NCBI RefSeq assembly: GCF_022539665.2
Contig: NC_081333.1
Span: 2,666,001 to 2,730,000 of the forward strand
DNA from: Daphnia carinata
Lineage: Eukaryota
Length of the DNA: 64,000 bases
Direction: 5' to 3'
The translations under genes were made by a program, and so were the position numbers. The notes under the pieces are model-generated. The model saw only the letters and a list, made by a program, of their open reading frames with translations. It made no database searches and was not told where the DNA came from. Shown in pieces: positions 14,694 to 25,840 of the stretch. The stretch's first letter is position 1. The number at the start of each line of letters is the position of its first letter.

Positions 14694-15409
14694 CGAGCTT
14701 CGATGTACCCTACCGCATCAAACGAGATCAGCTGGCTTTAAAGCTCCCGAGTGGTGCATTTCATAACACAAATGCGATGTTCTATTTGATAATGTGAACG
14801 TAACGACAATTAAAAGCAAAAGTTGGGTTTTGAAGTCAACAAAATAAAACATGTCTTCGCAAGTTTATATGACAATCGATAGTGAAGAACTTCAACGAGC
14901 AGCCAAACTAAAATCGAACTTAAGCTCAGACATTTTTAGATAGCAATATATATATATATACTGTATATATACTCCAAAGTGTGTTTCTTATTCCTTCTTT
15001 CAGTGGAATCTGGTCATGTGGTAATTAGACGTTGGTAGCGATCGGTCGCGTCGTTCACGAGTTACTGGGGCGTACGACCGACTAGATGCATCTGTCATCC
15101 ATGATTTTCGCTATTCTTACACAGAGATTATACATACTATCTTTATGTCTGATGAGCGGGATGTTAACTCATCAAGAGTTACGTGACTATTACGGTCCTT
15201 AAACCTGGAGAATGTTAAAGAACTTGCTGAATTCGAAGACCAATACTTTTTCATCGCAGTAATTATAGTTCAATTAAAGCCAATGTTGAACGAAATGATT
15301 CTTTTGTGATTATACTCGATGGAAGCTGATTCAACGTATTAGGTTGTATGATGATTATTTAAATTATGGAAGCCGAAAAGTTTACCAAATAATACAAAAA
15401 AATCATATC

Positions 15410-17078
15410 TTAAGGCCTATGGCGTCTGCGGCGACCGCCAGAACCAGGAATGTTTGGGTTTCCAGGAGCGCCAGTAATTCCAGGAGCGCCAGTAATTCCA
15501 GGAGCACCTGTAACTCCAGGAGCGCCTGTAACTCCAGGAGCGCCTGTAGGTCCGGGAGCGCCTGTAGGTCCGGGAGCGCCTGTAGGTCCGGGATCTCCTG
15601 TAGGTCCGGGATCGCCTGTAGGTCCAGGGGAACCCGTAACTCCGGGATCGCCTGTAGGTCCAGGGGAACCCGTAACTCCGGGATCGCCTGTAGGTCCAGG
15701 GGAGCCCGTAACTCCGGGATCGCCTGTAGGTCCAGGGGAGCCCGTAACTCCGGGATCGCCTGTAGGTCCAGGGGAACCCGTAACTCCGGGATCGCCTGTA
15801 GGTCCAGGGGAACCCGTAACTCCGGGATCGCCTGTAGGTCCAGGGGAACCCGTAACTCCGGGATCGCCTGTAGGTCCAGGGGAACCCGTAACTCCGGGAT
15901 CGCCTGTAGGTCCAGGGGAACCCGTAACTCCGGGATCGCCTGTAGATCCGGGATCACCTGTAGGTCCTGGGTCACCTGTGGATCCGGGAGCCCCAGTAGG
16001 ACCAATAGCTCCGGTTGCTCCAGTTGGTCCGACGGCACCTGTGGAGCCAGGAGCTCCGGTCACACCTGGTGCACCAGTAGGACCCGGAGAACCAGGGGGA
16101 CCGGAAGGACCAGGGGGACCGGAAGGACCAGGAGAACCAGGTTCTCCAGGAGGTCCGACAGCACCTACAAAGAAATTTATAAATAAATTAGCATTGAAAA
16201 CTTCATTTTTCGATTACATGTAATATTACCTCTTAATTGCAGTATTCGATTTCCAAACAAATAGCCAAATAAACCACTTGGAAATGAAAGGCTTAGTCCA
16301 TTGGTCAACAAACTTCCACCTTGCGTTAGTAGGCTTCCTGCTTGTGATTGTCCTTGGGCCAGTAGATTGAGTATTGGACGATTCTGACGCGTTGCTACAT
16401 CAGAATGGGCTTCGTTTGTCAGGTAAATGGATGTTTGAGGCACAGCAGGAGTAACTGAGAATCAATAGAAGATTTATATAATTTCGTTGCATCGCAAATA
16501 ATTACAGCACGTTCATTCAAATTTAAAATCGAATGACGGATAAAATGAGTACGGAGAAGAAACCATTTACCAGGTGGCCCCATCAGACCAAGATGGGCAT
16601 CATCCTTGTTGTTTTGATATATGGATTGTTGGCCAGCCGTTCGTCTATCCGTTGATTGCAACAAAACTTGCCCGTCGCCCGATTCAATGACATCAAGCTC
16701 TAAAATTTCAGGAGGCCTTTCTGTGATAGCAAAAGTAATCCTTGAGAATATCACATTTAATTAGGATAACACAGACTACACTATAGTAGCATTGGTGGCT
16801 AAAAAACTAGGGCAAGGAAATGTCACGATCGAATTGCGGAAAGAGGGCAATGATCATTTTTAATCCTTACCTTGTTGAGAATATGTCACTGATTGATTAT
16901 TTTGGTCGACTTTGGCGTCATCTGGAAAAAAATAACGTAACAGGGTATACAAACAGGAATAAGGCGTTTCCGGTTGGAATGCCCTGTAAGAGTTAAATTC
17001 AGTCTGTAAAATTCTATTGCTGCCGACTACGAAGAAACAGACGGAGCTATAGAAAATTAAGAAACGTTCAGCTTACAT
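15410..17078 (-). CDS. Short secreted collagen-like gene A1 (Gly-X-Thr rich); 4 exons; the apparent ATG is followed directly by TAA
   Basis: Four exons join in phase: signal-like exon 1 (PYSCLYTLL), exon 2, exon 3 ([12 protein letters not shown]...LQLR) and exon 4, an uninterrupted Gly-X-Y run ending [13 protein letters not shown] box at about 17113-17122. Codon 2 is TAA (17073-17075), so the gene may be non-functional. Confidence 0.7.
15610..15945 (-). repeat. Coding minisatellite, 36-nt unit x9 ([12 protein letters not shown])
   Basis: Nine near-identical copies of tcgcctgtaggtccaggggaacccgtaactccggga. Confidence 0.95.
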
Positions 17079-17739
17079 CTTCTCGAACGAGTACTTACTT
17101 TGGGTGCACTCCTATTTATATAATGTTGCTACCGATTTCTGGGGGTATTAATTATGGAAAATCTTCGTATTTCCTAGAATAGCAGTGTTTCGCTAACATT
17201 GCCCCAAAGAACTAGGTGTACTGAGAATAGCGGGCATAGCATTCCACTCTATTCTTACTTCTATTCAAGTGTAGACTTGGGAAGGCTAGACGTCAGATTA
17301 GTTTGATTTCTTACGAACTGTTGTAAACGTAGCACAGATTTCGTTCTTATTTTAAAAAAAAGCGTGCATCACTATAGCGTGTAATCAACACAGTCGGGTG
17401 ATACCTTTTTGAGGGCAAGTTGGTACAATCGTTTTTTATTTTATCTAGAGTTCTGCACGTCTATTGGAGTGGTTATTGGGAACTTCTTCTATACAATTAA
17501 ATGATAATTTACTCCTTGTTCTGTCGATTCCGTCTCATGCCGAAAAACTGTTGGCTGATGCAGAAGTGGAAGAGGGAGTTCAGACGGTATACGAGCAGAT
17601 TGTACAAAATTTCTTCAATCAATCAGCGGTAGTTCCTCGTTCGTTCGCATGAGCCAGTTCGAAGACGAGTCATTTTGTTTTTTTCAAAGAAAAGGCATCA
17701 AACCATTTCAGTATATGTTAAAATTCAAAAATAAATTGC

Positions 17740-18240
17740 TAACTATATATGATATACATTGCATGACAAATTTTACGCGAATTACGGAAATTGACTTTAT
17801 TTTAAATTAGGTTGGTTAATTTTTGAAATAAACGTAAAAACGTTTTTACCTAAATAGCGCGCTAGTACGCTATAGCGCTAGCGTGATACATCACTAATAT
17901 TCCATATATTTCGCAAATGGCTGATTTTGCGATTTGATTTTTAGTTTGACTAGCATGTTCCAACAACATTTGAATAATGGTTAGGAATAAAAAATTTTTT
18001 TTTCCTCCTTAGTTATGCAGTGTTTGAATAAAATATAATAATAAAATAAGTAAACCGCAATCAAAGTGGTCTCAGACCAACTACTTTGGACCCGGATAAC
18101 GCAAAAACTGTTAGTCTCATGTAAAAATGAAGCCAATTTTCGTGATCCCCGTTAAATTTCGAGTAAGATTCATGTATTTTTAGCTATATTTAGTGTTTTG
18201 CCAAAAATGAAAAAGTGGGAAGGCTGATAGCGCCTCAAGT
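17740..18240. mobile_element. Diverged copy of the modular foldback-like repeat found at 25755-28610
   Basis: About 17744-17883 matches the palindrome spacer (26750-26883). About 18062-18225 matches the palindrome arm start (aaagtggtctcag...aaaagtgggaaggct). Confidence 0.7.
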
Positions 18241-18785
18241 GGGAACATTATAAGCTATTTTTGTCGGGAAAAACTTGGTAGCCTACCGTCTTCACTTAAA
18301 GAAATTCCCTTTCCTAATATACTTAATATTAAGGCATAGTACTAAAGAGGGATATAGTTTAACGAATATCCTATCGATTAACGTAATTGCGGGGTCTAAG
18401 AAACACGTCCTTGTATTAAAAATTTTTTTTTCAAACTGATGTAGTGTCATTAGGCATCCTATAAGCTAAACGCCGTGTTCGGATAATACATGACTAGCAT
18501 GCTAGTCAAAAAGTCTTATAGATAAAAAATTTAAAAAAAATTGACTGGATAGTGCATTATTCAGTCAACACCAGAATAAAATTTTATTCTTTTGTTGTCA
18601 TTTTTACTGGTCCTTTTTTGCGTTTGCGCAGGACACCCTACCGCCATAAGACGCAATGTAAAATAGCCCCAAAAACCCTTAGCGTTCGGATAATAAGCGA
18701 GGGTACTGTACTTCTAATTAACATTTATAAATTTGATCGCCCGATATGGAAATATGAACAAAACTGAGATGGCAATTTCAGTTAC

Positions 18786-19277
18786 CTGGTGGTTGATTAA
18801 TTATCAGGTTCTCTCCATTTCCGCCGAATGTTCCAGCCATTGCATATTTGCTTTCATTTTGGTGAAAGCCTTGGTTTAACTGATCTACGTAGTTAAATGA
18901 CAACACGACTCCGTGCAGTGGGTAAGCATCTCTGTCATGTACGTTAGTTCCCGTCCGATGCGGAGGTGTTCCCAGAAAAGCAGTGGGAACTTGCAGATCA
19001 ATGTCGTGATTCAATGTTGTGTTCCCCACGAATTTTATTTGCATATAGTTTATGTAACAAAATGTATGAATACAATACCTCGTCTCGTTGGTTGATCATT
19101 TTCGTTTAATACGGCATCGTACAAGGGAACATCAGGTAGAACAGTGTACAAAGATGAATAGGGTAGTTGCCGGGGAGATCTGTCCGGTTCGTTTTCCGTC
19201 CGCGAAGTTCTCTTACCCCCAACGGAACAAAGCAAGACGACGGAGACACAAAAGATTAAGGAGGAAACGTGCAACAT
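18786..19277 (-). pseudogene. Collagen-like gene B1, 3'-truncated (exons 1-2 only)
   Basis: Exons 1-2 match B2 ([33 protein letters not shown]). Homology stops at about 18746, and exon 3 and the collagen exon are absent. Confidence 0.85.
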
Positions 19278-20350
19278 TCTCCGTATTCTCTGATTGATTC
19301 CGTTGATGCATCTCTTTATATACCCTAATCGGTTTGCGGGGAGTAGTGTTCTTTCCGTAGCGGCTTCTCCGATCGGCTGGCATGATTAGTTTACGAAAGG
19401 CAGAAGTTAACACTGATACTCTACTACTTTTCTTTTGTTTGAGGTAATGTGTACACTCTTCAAACCTGTTCACTCGATCATAGCAATTTCATCCACGAAT
19501 CCAAAATACCCCATACAATTAACTGAAGGGCACGATGATCTTTGCAAGCGGGAGTTTTGGTTCAACAACACGACATACTCTTCTTAAAGCCCCAAGGCCA
19601 GGGATGGGCAAATTATTTCTTGACCGAAGACTGATGCCTGCATTTTTTCCATCGTATACTAAATTGCATCAATTTCTTTGCCTGCAAGGAGATCATTGTC
19701 CGTCGTGAATGCCCTGATCATTAATCAAGGTAATCCGTTGCTGCCTTGGCTACATATTCCGCCTTTTTAATGTCTTTAGAACTCCTTCGTTCTTCTCCGT
19801 AGGGCAGCATTCGCTTCCTGACCCGTGTGAATCACCTCCTAATGCGATGTCCATCCAGGAAAAATTGAATGCAACTAACGGTTGGAAACAGGATTGTATG
19901 AAGAGTTTATTTCAGGTCATGAAAATTGTTTTGTGGCCAAATACCACCAGGCGAGATCGAACCGTTCCTGGAAGTAACCGCGGAGTACACGTGTTGGACG
20001 TTTGAGGTGATTAACTAAACTGCATGAATAACAAAACATAACGACGAAACTGCAACAACTAAGCTGACACTTCAGCTAAACATAGAGCTAAAGTTTACGT
20101 TCCTTTTCTCAGGTATCATAGAGTTTAATGAAGAGTTTTGGATGCAATCGCGTAAGGCGGCAATACTTATTCAAATTAAATATTGCTAAAATTGTTCTGA
20201 TTCAGCTAGATGAATTTGTCTACCTTTGGGATTTCTTGGATAAAGATGGTTTGAAAGTTTATTGTTTTCATTTGGCAGTTAATTTGGTAACTTTTTTTGC
20301 AGAAAACACTGTAAGGAACCCAAATCTGGGAATCCAAAATCCAACGGCTA

Positions 20351-22117
20351 TTACGAATTACCAGGATTACCAGAACCAGGTGGGCCGGGAGGACCAAGAG
20401 GACCAGTAGCGCTAGTAGGACCAGTAGGACCAGCAGGACCAGCAGGACCAATAGGGTCAGTAGGGCCAGAAGCGCCTTTAGGTCCAGTATGACCAGTAGG
20501 ACCAGTAAAACCATCTTTACCATCTTTACCGTCTTTACCATCAACACCATTACGGCCGTCATCGCCTTTTGGCCCAGTAGGACCTATAGATCCAATCCCC
20601 CCAGTTTGTCCTGTTGGACCCGTGGGTCCCATGTCACCCGTCGCACCTTTGGGGCCTGTAGGCCCAGCTGAACCAGTGGCTCCATCAGCACCATTGGCGC
20701 CGTCAGCACCGTCATTGCCGTCAAGTGCGTCGCGCCCCGGGTCTCCTTTGGGGCCAGCTGGGCCAATGGCTCCATCGGCACCTTTGGCACCGTCACTGCC
20801 GTCAATTCCGTCGCGTCCCCGATCTCCCTTGGGGCCAGCTGGGCCAGTGGCTCCATCGGTACCCTTGGCACCGTCAGCGCCGTCATTGCCGTTAATTCCG
20901 TCGCGTCCTGCGTGTCCTTTGGGACCAGCTGAGACAATGGCTCCATCAGCACCTTTGGCACCGTCAGCCCCGTCATTCCCGTTAATTCCGTCGCGTCCCG
21001 GATCTCCTTTGGGACCAGCTGGGCCAGTGGCTCCATTAGCACCTTTGGCACCGCCAGCACCATCCTTGCCGTCAATTCCATCGCGTCCCGGAGCTCCTTT
21101 GGGGCCAGCTGGGCCAGTTGCCCCCCACGTCTCGTTTACGACCGGTTGGACCTGATGGACCAGGCGGACCAGGCCTTCCATTTAGGCAGGGCGGACAGAG
21201 TAAACCTATGCGCATCGTACCACAAAAAACGAATAGCTTTAAGCAATGCTAATTTCACTCGCATCAATGTCGCCTTCTCATTTGTGATTGACGATTCGAA
21301 AGGTAGGGCCATCGATGTTTCACTTTGCCCATCGAATTGTTACCGTATGGTCTTCCTGGTATTCAGGTCTATTTTGCTTTCCAAACATCATTTCTGAAGG
21401 AGATACGTATGGCCCTTGAGGATAGAGATTGTCTTCATGCGCTTGTGCAAGTAGGTTTAAGAATGATGGGTGGCTTCGATAGTCTTCTAAATGAACTGGC
21501 AGATAGGGTTCGATAGCCCCGGGTATTAACGACAAAAAAAATAAGAACATCAATTGATTTTGTCACGGCCACAAGTAATTCAATATTTTCAAATGAAACA
21601 AGTCCAGTGGCAAAACATGACTCTCATCTAAAAGAAGATAGAAGTTAATTACCAAAGGGTACATTTGGATTTAGGTACTCTTCATCTTCGCCCAATCCTT
21701 CGAGGGCTGCATACGTGGTTTCTTCTTGTTGAATTTACTGATCAAGTGACTGGGCGTACTTTGCTCGCCAGCTACCATAACGCGGTACATAGTCGTCATT
21801 GGCATTAACAACGTAAGGCTCTTCTCTAATATCAAATGGAACTTCACAGAATTGAAAAATTACTTGATTTTATTCTATTTGAAAAGTAAAGTTTAGTTAT
21901 CACACAAAGTGAACTCTTGATTACCTTGCAGGTGCTTTCTTGCCGGATGGCGACCAAAGTAGACATTGTTAGCAACCAAACAGCGCAACAAACAATGCCA
22001 ATATGTAGACGTTTTGGAGAAAAAAGGGCCAGCAACTTCTTTATGGAAAGAGCCCCAAACGGCCACGGAGATGATGCAGCAATAGAAAACCAAAGATGAA
22101 TAAAGCAACTTTTTCAT
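20351..22117 (-). pseudogene. Collagen-like gene C1, pseudogene
   Basis: Compared with C2: CAA>TAA stop in exon 2 (21735-21737); exon-3 acceptor AG>AC (about 21523); frameshift at the end of exon 3; +1 frameshift in the C6 run at 21121-21126 beside a Gly>Arg change. Confidence 0.85.
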
Positions 22118-22938
22118 CCATCTGCTTCTTTGGCTGCCGAGCTACTGATGCTAACACAGTGAATGGATCCCTTTATATATTACGATGGCACATGGCTAGA
22201 TTATCAAAGACGAGCTTATCAATGGCAGCTCGTCGCTTTTATTTTATTTTTATATGGTGTGCACACTTGTTCAACTTGTTTGCTTGCTGGATCCCGACAG
22301 TGTCTTACAGAGGATATAATTCCTATATTTAAATTTACTGGCGGGCAGATGGTTCTTAAAAAAAAACTGAATTTTTGCGACATCAAACCGCTTAAATGTT
22401 ATAGTGTTCAGAATAAAAGAAGATAACAAAAAGATTGCGATCAATGCGCTCTGTACCCTACGGGAACCTACTATACCTTGCTGGTCTAGAGGATTGTAAG
22501 CTCTAGGGTCACCTGACGGTTGAAAAATGGGATAATAATTACCGATATCTCCTACGAATTGATTTAGCAATTTCCTTGCTTTCCTTTCGGCCAAATGCAA
22601 CCGAAGGTCAGATAGCTCCCGATTTCTTTTGATAGACTCGTAACAGCCAAAGGAAACACTATTCAACTTGAATAGGGCGAACGTAAACCTGCTTCCAGTG
22701 GTTCTGTTTCATCATTAGAGGTCCGAAGGCATACATCGAAGGATGAAACACATTGACTGATGTCTGGAGAAAAATTCCGGCTTCACTCGAGAAGCGCAAG
22801 TTCAAGGTAGCGGTAGCTAACCAAGCTATACCCCCCCCCCCCCCAAAAAAAAAAAAAAGAAAAGAAAATCTCGTGATCCACCAATGTGAAATTCTTGATA
22901 GTGATATAATTGTTTTTAAACGTCCCCATTGGCAAAAA

Positions 22939-24306
22939 ATGGCGACCTGGCGGTACGTATACGTTTCATTTATACGTGTTGAATATTATTGCTAAAATTT
23001 CTCGTTTGTATAGGAGCATTACAATATTAATGGTCTGGCGTCGTATGCTTGTAATGTCATTTCTCAACATAATTGGGTTGTTTCTGATCAAACGGTTCGT
23101 GATGGATAACGAGCCCCATCACAAAATGACGAAGAAGAAGGTTCTTTACAACTTGATGGAAGAGACGCCAAATATGCCCAGATACGTCAAAGACTGCACA
23201 ATCGGTAAGTTTAAAACGTTTGTTTAATTAAACGAGAGCACATTCAATTTCTGATTACATTCAGAATATGCAAATGAACACAAATTACAGCAAGATCATC
23301 TGTGCCTGTTGGATATTATTCGGCGTCAGTATCTTAATAAACCATCACCTGCTGACGTGCCACTCTACCTGGACTACCCGAACATTAAAGATCAGTCCGC
23401 TGGTCAAGTGACGGCCATCCTACGTTTACTAAGGAATCTAGTAATTTTAATTCACGACATCATCGTCACATCCTACTGTTTTAAAAAGCCTTTGTTAAAT
23501 ATATATAGACAAAAGACTTTTTCATCGAGAGTGGAGCAGCTGATGGTGAATCGTTTTCCAATTCGCTTTTCCTTGAACGCTATATGAACTGGACTGGATT
23601 GCTGATCGAGCTTGAACCGAAATCTTATGGCAACCTGGCCAAACGCAATCGCAAATCGTGGACACTGCCGAATTGCCTCAGTTTAGAAAAATACCCAACC
23701 GAAGTACACAAAAATTGTTGATTACGATCATTCTTTAACCATTTCCTTATTTTTCATATTTTTTAATAAATAGGCATCCTTTGATAAAACTGAAATTACA
23801 GGCAAAATTATTGGCAGTAAAGTTTCGCAATCTGAGTTGGCTAAAGGCAAATTGACTAACGTCCAGTGTTTGCCACTCTATTCCATTTTGCTGGCCCACG
23901 GCTAGACCTGGGTGGATTTCTTCAGCCTCGACGTCGAAGGACACGAACTGCAAATACTCAAGACCATCCCCTGGCACAAAGTCAACATAACCGTAACGAA
24001 TTGACACATCCTTTCAAAGAATTTCGATTGAATGTACATTTGATGTGACGTTGTGGCCGTTGAATGGGAACATGTCGAAGAAGGCTATTACGCCGTCGTT
24101 GATTACATGAAAGAGCAAGGCTACGTTTAATTTTGGCAGAATCGCCACGCCTTACGCCAGAGATGTGGTCTTCGTCAAGGATTTCCTCGAGTAAGTTCCA
24201 TTATTGTATTTCCCATTTAGTATATAACTTGTAATGCAACTGTTTTTTTATTCTGTTCGTGTTCTGAAGCGATCTGCGGTACGACTACATTGATTACGAT
24301 GAGTAA
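22939..24306 (+). pseudogene. Star-like/FkbM methyltransferase copy 2, pseudogene
   Basis: Near-identical to copy 1, but the splice acceptor cctggcag is deleted at about 24048-24050 and there is a +1 T frameshift at about 24126 (ctacgtttaa). Conserved motifs are also changed (KGFF>KDFF, IEPEP>IELEP, HPC>HLC). Confidence 0.8.
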
Positions 24307-24777
24307 CGAGCTTCGATGTACTCTACCGCATCAAACGAGATCAGTTGGTTTTAAAGCTCCCCAGAGGTGAATTTCATAACACAAATGCGACGATCTTTTT
24401 GATAATGTGAACTATAACGACAACTAAAAGCAAAAGTTGGGTTTTGAAATCACCAAAATAAAACATGTCTTCGCAAGTTTATATGACAATCGATAGTGAA
24501 GAACTTTAACGAGCAGCCAAACTATAATCCAACTTAAGCTCTCTTTTTTCATCGTAGTAATTATAGTTTGATTAAAGCCAATGTTGAACGAAATGACTCT
24601 TTTATGATTGTGCTCGCAAAATTGATGGAAACTGGTTCAACGCATTAGGTTGCATTATGATTATTTAAATTATAGAAGCCACAACGTTAACCAAATAATA
24701 CAAAAGAGAATCTTCCAGCTTATGCGATTACACTACAAAAACCGGAGTACAGCTATAAGTGCTCTTGTCTTCATATC

Positions 24778-25705
24778 TTAAGGTCTATGGCGCCTGCGAC
24801 GACCGCCAGGACCAGGATAGTTTGCATTTCCGGGAGTGCCTGCCGGTCCGGGAGCACCAGTAGGTCCGGGAACGCCTGTAGGTCCAGGATCGCCAGTAGG
24901 TTCAGGAGCACCTGTAGGTCCGGGAGCGCCTGTTGGTCCGGGAGCACCTGTTGGTCTGGGAGTACCAGTAGCCCCGGGAGCGCCTGTAGGTCCGGGAGCG
25001 CCTGTAGGTCCGGGAGCGCCTATAGGTCCGGGATCGCCTATAGGTCCGGGAGCGCCTGTGGGCCCGGGAGCACCTGTAGGTCCGGGAGCACCTGTAGGTC
25101 CGGGGTCACCCGTAACTCCAGGAGTGCCTGTAGGCCCAGGATCACCTGGAGGTCTGGGAGCACCTGTAGGCCCTGGGTCACCTGTAGGTCCGGGAGCCCC
25201 AGTAGAACCAATAGCTCCGGGTGCTCCAGTTGGTCCGACGTCTCCTCTGAGGCCAGGAGCTCCGGTCACACCTGGTGTACCAGTAGGACCCGGAGAACCA
25301 GGGGAACCCGAAGGACCAGGAGAACCAGGTTCTCCAGGAGGTCCGACAGCACCTACAAAGAAATTTATAAATAAATTGGCATCGAAACCTTCATCTTTCG
25401 ATGACATGTAATCTTACATCTGAATTGCAGTATTCGATTTCCAAACAAATAGCCAAATAAGCCACTTGGAAACGAAATGTTTAGTCCATTCGTTAACGAA
25501 CTTCCTCCTTGCGTTAGTAGGCTCCCTCCTTGCGTTAGTAGGCTCCCTCCTTGCATTAGGAGGCTCCCTCCTTGCATTAGGAGGCTCCCTCCTTGTGATT
25601 GTGCTTGCGCCAGTAGGTTGAGTATTGCGCTATTCTGACGCGTTGCCACATCGGAATGAGTTTCGTTTGTCAGGTAAAGGGAGGTTTGAGGCACGGCAGG
25701 AGTAA
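24778..25705 (-). pseudogene. Collagen-like gene A2, 5'-truncated (exons 3-4 only)
   Basis: Exons 3-4 are homologous to A1 and still open. Homology with A1 intron 2 ends at about 25761, where the palindromic element begins; exons 1-2 are missing. Confidence 0.8.
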
Positions 25706-25840
25706 CTGAGAATCAATAGTGGATTCATATAATTTCGTTGTATCGCAAATAATCAAGCACGTGTCCCAACAACCTTTGAATGTTGGTTCCGAATAAACTA
25801 TTTATTTTTCCCTTACTTATGCTTTTTTTTAATTAAACGC

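Larger units (their letters stand above)
12759..22390. repeat. Tandem segmental duplication, unit 1
   Basis: Sequence from 12759 (gctcaaatgttatagtattcagaataaaagaag) matches that from 22390. Sequence ending at 22390 (ttttgcgacatcaaaccg) matches that ending at 35430. The gene order FkbM-A-B-C is shared. Confidence 0.9.

Noticed and set aside
15610..15945. 36-nt repeat array resembling CRISPR repeat length
   Set aside because: The units are contiguous with no unique spacers, the repeat is coding, and the context is eukaryotic.
15344..16223. Long plus-strand and alternative-frame ORFs over the collagens (Cys/Arg/Ser repeats and PG-rich repeats; also at 20622, 24787, 24836 and 30785)
   Set aside because: These are shadow frames of Gly-X-Y repeats. 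Splice sites, signal peptides and paralogy all support the minus-strand collagen frame.
22271..22800. 131-aa minus-strand ORF spanning the duplication junction
   Set aside because: It is chimeric across the breakpoint, disrupted in the paralogous copy (12780-13200) and has no recognisable motif.
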